NCBI RefSeq assembly: GCF_006345805.1
Contig: NW_021834722.1
Coordinates: forward strand, 1-27,097
Source: Octopus sinensis
Taxonomy: Eukaryota
DNA: 27,097 nucleotides
Direction of reading: 5' to 3'
Positions 19,876 through 27,097 of the stretch are shown here, piece by piece. The position numbers and the translations under genes were made by a program. The notes beneath the pieces were generated by a model. It was not told where the DNA came from, did not search any database, and worked only from the letters and a program-made list of their open reading frames with translations. The first letter of the stretch is position 1. Every line of letters starts with the position of its first letter.

Positions 19876-22800
19876 TTTTTTTTTTTTTTTGCACGTTGTT
19901 GCTGTTGTGGTGCACTTTTTTCTTTTTCTTTTCATTGTTATTTGCTATCCAATAATCCATTGTTGCTTCCCTTTCTCTTTTTTGTTTTTCTTTTCCTCTT
20001 TCTCTTTCTTTCTATCTCACCAATAATCCATTTATTGCTAATTCTAATTTTCCATATCTATGTCTGTCTGTTCTGTTTGCAATATCCGTAATAATCGGAA
20101 AAAGACCATCCGTTGTGACCGTTGTTATGCCTTTTTCCATTTATCCTGCATCAAGCTTTCTAAGAAATCTGCCTCTTCCCTTTCCCGATGGGTTTGCTCT
20201 GCTTGCTCTTCTTTCCCCCCGTCATATTTCGCTCCTGCCATCTGTACCGGGTCCTCTGATTTTACTAATCCTATCCCTTCGCCGGACCCCTTCCTGCTTA
20301 ATCCAGAGTCTGTCTTAAGACTCGCTCGTGATTACCGGGCGTCCTATCGTATTCCTATAAGAATTCCTCGTTCTGCCCGTTTTTCCGCGGCGAAGGCTCT
20401 GTCTGCTTTGATCGAGTCAGTCATTTGTGTTCAGTCCATTCCGAATTGGAACCGTTTGTTTTGCTTTGCCATATTTGCCCTGGGCTCCCCAGTTCAAGGC
20501 TTGGGCTCGGTAAAATCCCTTTCCTCTTCCATCAAGGAAAATATTAATAAGTTCATGGAGGATTCCTTCATTCTGCCTCCTCTTCTGGGCAAGTCCCATG
20601 AACCAACTACTCTTAAAGATAATCGTATTCGTTTACGCAAACGTGTCAATTCCTGCCTTATGGCGCATGATGTCGGCTCTGCGGTCCGTATTCTTTCGTC
20701 TTCCGATTCCGTCCGTTCGATAACCCCGGATGTCCTCAAAATTCTCAGCGCCAAGCACCCGGCTGGCGATGTCCCTGCCTTTTGTGCCCGGACCCCTGAG
20801 GAGGTCTCGATCGCCTCTTCATCTGTCCAACAACTTTTGTTTGCTTTGAAATCTTTCAGGGGGAACAGTAGTGGTGGTGTTGACGGTCTCCGTCCCATTC
20901 ACTTAATGGACCTCATCTCCAATACTGCTGAGGCTGGAAACCGTCTTTCTCAATCCATTGCCAAGCTTTGTAACCTATTTCTCCGTGGGGACATATCCGA
21001 GCATGCCAGACTGCTCTTCTTCTCTGCGAACCTGTCTGCTTTGGGGAAGAAAGACGGCGGCATCAGACCTATTGCCGTCGGGAACGTTTTTCGTCGCTTG
21101 TTTGCAAAGGTCGGATGCAAGCTTGTAATTCCTTCTATTAGCGACGAACTCCAGCCCATTCAGTTGGGTGTGGGGGTACCTGGTGGGTGCGAGGCCTCGG
21201 TCCACGCTGCCCGGTGTTTCATTGAATCGGCTCGTCTCTCAGAGCGGCCCCAGTTATTATTAAAATTGGATGTGAAGAACGCTTTCAATTCGCTCAATAG
21301 AAAGCATCTTCTTGAGGTTTGCAAGGCCAGAATTCCTTCTCTGCTGCCCTTCATTTTTCTTTCTTATGGTAACCCGAGCCTCTTGGTTGCTGGCGATTCT
21401 TTCATTTCGTCTTCCTGTGGCGTACAGCAAGGCGATCCTTTGGGTCCTTTATTATTTGCCCTCTCGGTGGACTTTGTCGCCCGCAGGATTGCGTCCCCTC
21501 TTAATATTTGGTATTTGGACGACTGTACTATTGGTGGTCCGCCCGACATTTTGCTAAACGACTTGCAATCTCTACTCCCGGCGTTGTCATCTATTGGTCT
21601 TGAAATCAATTCTCTAAAATCTGAAATCGTTAATCTTAACGTCGAAGACCTCACCTTCGAAGACCTTTTTGCCCAGTTTCGTGGCCTCTTGCCCGATCTG
21701 AGGCAGACCTCTTATTCTGAACTTGAAATCCTGGGTGCCCCGATCCACCACCAATCGGTCTCTCGTATTCTCGATTCCAAGAGAAATGCTCTTGCTTCTC
21801 TTTGTGATAAACTTGTGGACATCGATCCCCATCCCGCTTTTTTTATCCTCAAAAACTTTTTTTGATTCCGAGGATCAATTATGTCCTAAGGAGTTCCTGT
21901 TGCTTTTCTGTTCCCTCTGCTTTGGAGTCTTTTGACGCTCTGGTGCGTTCTTCAGCCGAGATTATTTTTAACGTCAAGTTCGATGATGTCGGTTGGCGTC
22001 AGGCCAAACTTCCTGTTCCTTTTGGTGGGCTTGGGCTCCGCTCGGCTCTCGACATTTCTCTTCCCGCTTTCCTTTCATCGTCTTCAGGATTGTATCTTCT
22101 TGTCCATAAGATTCTTGAAAAATCGCCCGGATCTCGTTTGGACTCTGATATTAATTCTGCACTTTTGCTTTGGAAGGAAAAAGGGCTTGAGTTCCCTTCT
22201 GATAGGTCCCTCCAACGTGAATGGGATAAAATTTTAGTAAGCATCATGCGGACTCGTTGGAGGCTCTCCTGAACCAGCACAGACTGGCTTGTTACCGTGC
22301 CAGCCGCCAACCGCATTCTGGCTCTTGGCTTAACTGCCTTCCTTCGACCCATTTGGACACCTGTCTTGACTCCGACGCCCTCCGTTTTGGCATTTGCCTC
22401 CGCCTCGGACTTCCGATCTGTAGTCCCCACCCCTGCCGGTGCGGATCTACTATGGACGTATACGGGCTCCATGCCCTCTCCTGCAAGAAAAGCGCGGGTC
22501 GTATTCCACGCCATTCGGCGATTAACAGAATCATTCTCGACTCACTCGAAAAGGCCGGCTACCCTTCTGTCCTTGAGCCTAAGGGTCTCGACCGTGGTGA
22601 CGGGAAAAGGCCGGACGGCTCTACGTTGTTCTCGTTTTATTCTGGGAGACCTTTGGTCTGGGATTCCACTTGTGTGGATACCTTCTCAAAGTCTTTCATC
22701 AACGAATCGGCCTCTCTTGCTGGGTCTCGTGCTAATAAGGCTGAGCTTTCGAAGTGCCGGAAATATCAGTCTTTGATGGATGACTTTTGGTTTTGGCCAA

Positions 22801-23040
22801 TCGTTGTCGAGACTTCCGGCGTCTTTGGCTCCGGGACCCTCACTTCCCTAAAGAAATTGGGACATCTTTGTTCTTCGCGGTCCAAGGACCCTAGGGAATT
22901 TACTTTCCTCATTCAGAGGATCCTGCTGGCTGTCATGCGTGGCAACAGCTGTTCCCTCCGTCTCGCTGGGAGAATTTATTAGTTTGTTGACTTTACTTAG
23001 TAGTTTGACCCTAAAAAAAAAAAAAAAAAAAAAAAAAATT
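19876..23040 (+). mobile_element. Near full-length CRE-clade non-LTR retrotransposon (PHD finger - RT - CCHC - restriction-like endonuclease)
   Basis: T-run at the 5' junction, pyrimidine-rich 5' UTR, single ORF region 20060-22982, ~30-nt 3' UTR and A26 tail (23013-38). Probable short TSD AAATT (19871-75 and 23036-40). It interrupts one minisatellite unit cleanly. Confidence 0.95.
20060..22982 (+). pseudogene. Retrotransposon polyprotein, ~974 aa if two single-base deletions are repaired
   Basis: PHD C4HC3 (CSVC..CDRC....HLSC..WVCSAC); RT motifs GGVDGLRP, IRPIAVG, QLGVG, KLDVKNAFNS, GVQQGDPLGP, WYLDD, ILGAPI; GGLGLR; CRC...H...C knuckle; RH, KRPDG, WDSTC, KCRKY, VETSGVFG. -1 shifts at ~21857-63 (T7 run) and ~22245. 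Confidence 0.92.
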
Positions 23041-24052
23041 AAAAAAAAATTTTCTGCATTTTGGTTAAAATGAACAACTACAATGTCCTCGACTTACATG
23101 ATGAAGTCCTTAAAACCTTCCCCTCCAAACAAATTAAAAAAAAATTTCTGCATTTTGGTTAAAATGAACAACTACAATGTCCTCGACTTACATGATGAAG
23201 TCCTTAAAACCTTCCCCCCCAAACAAATTAAAAAAAAATTTTCTGCATTTTGGTTAAAATGAACAACTACAATGTCCTCGACTTACATGATGAAGTCCTT
23301 AAAACCTTCCCCCCAAAAAAATTAAAAAAAATTTTCTGCATTTTGGTTAAAATGAACAACTACAATGTCCTCGACTTACATGATGAAGTCCTTAAAACCT
23401 TCCCCCCCAAAAAAATTAAAAAAAAATTTCTGCATTTTGGTTAAAATGAACAACTACAATGTCCTCGACTTACATGATGAAGTCCTTAAAACCTTCCCCT
23501 CCAAACAAATAAAAAAAAATTTCTGCATTTTGGTTAAAATGAACAACTACAATGTCCTCGACTTACATGATGAAGTCCTTAAAACCTTCCCCCCCAAACA
23601 AATTAAAAAAAAATTTTCTGCATTTTGGTTAAAATGAACAACTACAATGTCCTCGACTTACATGATGAAGTCCTTAAAACCTTCCCCCCAAAAAAATTAA
23701 AAAAAAATTTTCTGCATTTTGGTTAAAATGAACAACTACAATGTCCTCGACTTACATGATGAAGTCCTTAAAACCTTCCCCCCCAAAAAAATTAAAAAAA
23801 AATTTCTGCATTTTGGTTAAAATGAACAACTACAATGTCCTCGACTTACATGATGAAGTCCTTAAAACCTTCCCCCCAAAAAAATTAAAAAAAAATTTCT
23901 GCATTTTGGTTAAAATGAACAACTACAATGTCCTCGACTTACATGATGAAGTCCTTAAAACCTTTCCCCCAAAAAATCAAAAAATTATTTTCTGCATTTT
24001 GATTAAAATGAACAACGCGAATGTCCTCGACATTCATGATGAGGTCCATTAA
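23036..24052. repeat. ~94-bp minisatellite, right part (about 11 units; last unit diverged)
   Basis: Same unit as 19256-19875, resuming in register after the retrotransposon poly(A). The final unit (from ~23990) has substitutions and runs into unique sequence. Confidence 0.95.
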
Positions 24053-24268
24053 AACCTTCAAGGCAAAAATCTCACGTATTAAGAATATCCCTGATGAAAA
24101 CGACAGCGAGAATATTAACAATGATGAACTCCCAATTATTCGCGATAAAGAAATTCAATTCATCCTATGTTTTTCTCTTTAAAATTAAATGCATATATCA
24201 TTATCGACCATGAATCAAAATTAAAGCTATTATCATATTGACTTTGACAGAATGTGCAATCACAGATT

Positions 24269-24473
24269 GCACGACTTTGAATAGAGTGTGCAATTAACAG
24301 ATTTTGAAAAACCACTTTGATAGTTGAAACCACATTAGCACAATCATTAACACAATTTACCACCAATTGACGCACGACCTTGAATAGAGTGTGCAATTAA
24401 CAGATTTTGAAAAACACTTTGATAGTTGAAACCACATTAGCACAACCATTAACACAATTTACCACCAATTGAC
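24269..24473. repeat. Two-copy 103-bp direct repeat inside the Helitron
   Basis: GCACGAC(T/C)TTGAATAGAGTGTGCAATTAACAG...CACCAATTGAC starts at 24269 and 24372. Confidence 0.85.
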
Positions 24474-25171
24474 AGCGCAATCAGAAGAATTTGCGTAAAA
24501 ATATTAACTATTTACTTGAGTTTTTCGTAAAGATAGAATTTATTTTCGGTATGCCTCTTTTCCTAAACTTTTTATTATTCAAAAATAATTTTTTTAAATA
24601 GATAACCGAAGGAGGAAAAACGAAGCTGAAGAAAAAACGGTCAGCTTAATAAGGTAATTAATTAAATCTTTTTTGTGTGTCGCTTTCTTGCCTGCCGCAT
24701 TCCGCCTGCCGTATCTCCCCCTGCCCCATTTCCGCCAGTAAAAAATAAAAAAGAAAAAAAAGGAAATTACAAAGGAAAAATGAAAAAATTAAATATAAAA
24801 AAAAATAAACCACAAAAAATGAAAAAAAAGTTTGCAATGACAATAAACAAGGCCCAGGGACAGTCATTAAAGGTAGTTGGGTTATTTTTAGAGAGTGAGT
24901 GCTTTTCACATGGACAGCTGTATGTGGGATGCTCGAGGGTAGGCAGAAGAGAAAATTTATTCATATATGCCACGGAAGGACGGACGACAAACATCGTTTA
25001 TCAACAGGCGATAGAATAGGGTTACATTAAACCAGGTAGTTTTATACATCTACATAAACTTATAGTTGTTTGATGAAACAGGCCCTCCGCAGGAGCTAGG
25101 TCGCGGTGAGCGAAGCGAGCTGCCGAGCTAGTTATAAATACATTTTGACTAATTTGTTCATTTAGATTAGT

Positions 25172-26157
25172 ATGGCTAACGTGGATTGGATTCAGATTTT
25201 TCTTTTTATTCTGTGTTTGCTCTCTTACCTAGGGAATATTGTTTCTGGATACATCTTTAAATCAAGTTTTATTTATTGAATTTCTAGATAGGTGATTCAA
25301 TCGACTTAATACATAATGTTTCTGCTTAAAACGATCTTTTTATTACCCCTCCTACATTTGTTTTTGAATTTGTGTGGGCAACCACATACATTTCACAAGT
25401 TAAATCTTTTGGATAATTTTTACTAGTTAATTTGGCTTGGATTTATCATGATCTCATTTTTCTGCAAAAAAAAGAATTTCTGTTCATTAATTCTTAAAAT
25501 AAACTCTAATCTTGCCCAAAGTGCTTTATTCGTATTTAATTTGGGTTCACTGGGTTAGTTTATTGTCATTTATTTTATTTAGCTTGGTTTTTGTTCCTTA
25601 GAAAATTTTACATTTATAGCGCTGTAGTCGCTGGACCATTTTCCGCCATATTTTGTTATTTATGGATTGGAATGCTACTTTATCGAACTGAGATAAGCTC
25701 TCGAGATATGAATAAAGTTCAGCGATTTTTTATTTATTTTATGCTTAATGCATTGTCTCTCATTGTTGCTTGGATATGTTTCGCGTTTCATTTAACGTTG
25801 GGTTTGTTGCTTGTTTATTCGGTCCCAATTTTAACAAACTTTCAATTTTGTTTAATGGCACTCAGTCTTTTGACTGGAATTATTCTCTTGTATTTTTTCA
25901 TCGACGTTATTATTGCGTTAAATTACACAAAGTATATTTATACACCAATTCTACTGATCATCGTTGTAATGCTCATACTTACATATAAGCAAGAATTTGC
26001 CACGCCGTCTCTCTCTAATGATTTTATCAGTCGCTATACTACTGGACTAGCAATTTTTGCAGGGATTGAACTTGTTGTTAAACTACTAACATTAATTTAC
26101 AGATCTTGCAATAGTTCCAAGCTTCGAAATATTCAAAATTCACTTGTTAATCTATAA
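25172..26157 (+). pseudogene. Multi-pass membrane protein, possibly TspO/MBR-like; copy 1, with one in-frame TAA
   Basis: Three short GT-AG introns give a continuous frame: MANVDWIQIFLFILCLLSYLGN...FITPPTFVFEFVWATTYISQ...NLGSLAWFLF...LNALSLIVAWICFA...YTPILLIIVVML. The only interruption is TAA at 25327-29. The family call rests on the TPPxFxFxxVWxxxY motif only. Confidence 0.6.
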
Positions 26158-26171
26158 CAACAATTATTTAA

Positions 26172-26670
26172 ATGATTCCTTGGTTATTATAATAAATTGA
26201 TTCTGTGATTGATTTTTACTCACTTACGTAGGAAATAATGTTTCTGGCTACATCCTTAAGACAAGTTTTATTTTTGTTTATTAAATTCCTCAATAGGTAA
26301 TTCTGGAATCGACCAAATAAATAACGTTTCTTGTCAAAACCATCTTTTTACTACCCTTTTTAGCTTTGTTTTTGATTTTGTGTTGGCAACCACATACATT
26401 TCACAAGTTAAATCTATTGGATAATTTTTACTAGTTAATTTGAGTTGGATTTATCATACTCTCATTTTTCTGCAAAAAAATTCTGTTTATTAATTCTTAA
26501 AATTAACTTCAATTTTGCTCAAAGTGCTTTTTCGTATTCAATTTGAATTCACTGGGTTAGTTTATTGTCATTTTATTTAGTTTAATTTTTGTTTCTTAGG
26601 AAATTTTACATATATAGCGCTCTTGTTGCTGGAACGTTTTCTGTCATATTTTGTTATTTATGGATTAGAT
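26172..26670 (+). pseudogene. Tandem paralogue (copy 2) of the membrane protein gene, interrupted by a hAT element
   Basis: Colinear, diverged duplicate of 25172-25670, including the introns (e.g. GCAACCACATACATTTCACAAGTTAAATCT in both). Homology stops at 26670 after ...FCYLWI. Confidence 0.7.
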
Positions 26671-27097
26671 CAGTGGTTCTCAACCTTTATTCTTGTATCG
26701 CCCCCTTGGAATTTTTTTCGCCCCTCCAATTTTTGTATCGCCCCCTTATTTCATTGGTAATAATATTACTATTAAGTAATTATTAGAAATATTTTTTATT
26801 TAAAAAATAAGAGTTTTAATGAGATCCTTGACAAGTTTTTCAAAATTTGTACTTCTTTTCGTAAGTGTAATTCTAATGTCTCCTCTTTCTTCTATGTTTA
26901 GTTTGTTTCCTTTTTTCCGATCATACTATTCAGAGTGCTGAATCCTCTCTCTACGCACTATGATGTAGGAAAACATAATATTATTGGCATCATTTTTTTC
27001 CATAATTTCGGGAAATTCATTTTTAAAGATTTTTCTCCCCAGAATTATGTCAGGTTTACATTTTTAAATTTTATTTTGAGTTCTCCGTCGTTTTTTA
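26671..27097 (+). mobile_element. Left end of a hAT/Charlie-type element running off the window
   Basis: Begins CAGTGGTTCTCAACC with subterminal TCGCCCC repeats, exactly where the paralogue homology ends. The right end is not visible. Confidence 0.6.

Larger units (their letters stand above)
19175..25131 (+). mobile_element. Non-autonomous Helitron carrying an internal minisatellite and a nested retrotransposon
   Basis: 5' end A|TCTTAATAATAAAATGG followed by a (GTCT)n tract at ~19202-19226. 3' end has a GCGAAGC-centred hairpin, then CTAG|T. PIF1-type helicase tail FAMTINK...FSHGQLYVGCSRV at 24831-25019. The 5' boundary is inferred from the TC/AT rule and from where homology to the left arm stops. 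Confidence 0.85.

Noticed and set aside
21850-21870. Programmed -1 ribosomal frameshift in the retro-ORF
   Set aside because: C_TTT_TTT_TGA is not a canonical X_XXY_YYZ site, it falls inside a normally continuous motif (LKNFFLIPRINYVLR), and a second -1 break at ~22245 has no slippery site.
19256-24052. CRISPR array interpretation of the 94-bp repeats next to an RT gene
   Set aside because: Units are contiguous near-identical copies with no unique spacers, there are no cas genes, and the RT is a eukaryotic non-LTR type.
23250-24052. Listed ORFs (MVKMNNYNVLDLHDEV..., MSSTYMMKSLK...) as genes, and an F-box-like reading of VLDLHDEVLKTF
   Set aside because: The frames open and close with homopolymer length changes in the repeat, and the F-box resemblance is too short to support.
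18553-25131. Classical TIR transposon (Mutator/foldback/Polinton) with 620-bp TIRs
   Set aside because: No TSD; the arms encode a Helitron helicase tail and end in hairpin-CTAG; no DDE transposase, integrase or polB is present.
25327-25329. Alternative genetic code (TAA = Gln) suggested by TAA/CAA in the paralogues
   Set aside because: TBCE ends in TAA and MEPCE in TAG at the positions expected from their families, and intact genes contain no internal TAA/TAG.

Overview
This is an AT-rich, gene-dense eukaryotic window, almost certainly animal. Host genes carry very short spliceosomal introns (mostly 22-33 nt) that often sit at human-conserved positions. That pattern is reminiscent of dicyemid mesozoans or myxozoans, but the taxon is an inference. 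Host genes recognised after manual splicing: TBCE (intact), POLG (5'-truncated, at least 8 frameshifts as assembled), MEPCE/Bin3 (intact), a divergent CYP51-like P450 (3 single-base lesions), NDUFS5 (intact), two unidentified multi-exon genes and a tandem pair of disabled multi-pass membrane genes. Intergenic DNA is filled with transposons: a Buster-type hAT deletion derivative with an 8-bp TSD, a Ginger-like element with a 5-bp TSD, hAT MITE ends and four CRE-clade (RT + restriction-like endonuclease) retrotransposon pieces from at least three families. There is also a ~53-bp satellite with a 164-bp higher-order unit. The most elaborate structure is 18553-25131: two outward-facing Helitron 3' ends enclose a ~94-bp minisatellite, into which a near full-length CRE retrotransposon with an N-terminal PHD finger has inserted. 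No CRISPR array, rRNA or tRNA is supported. All assignments come from hand translation and remembered motifs; no database search was run.
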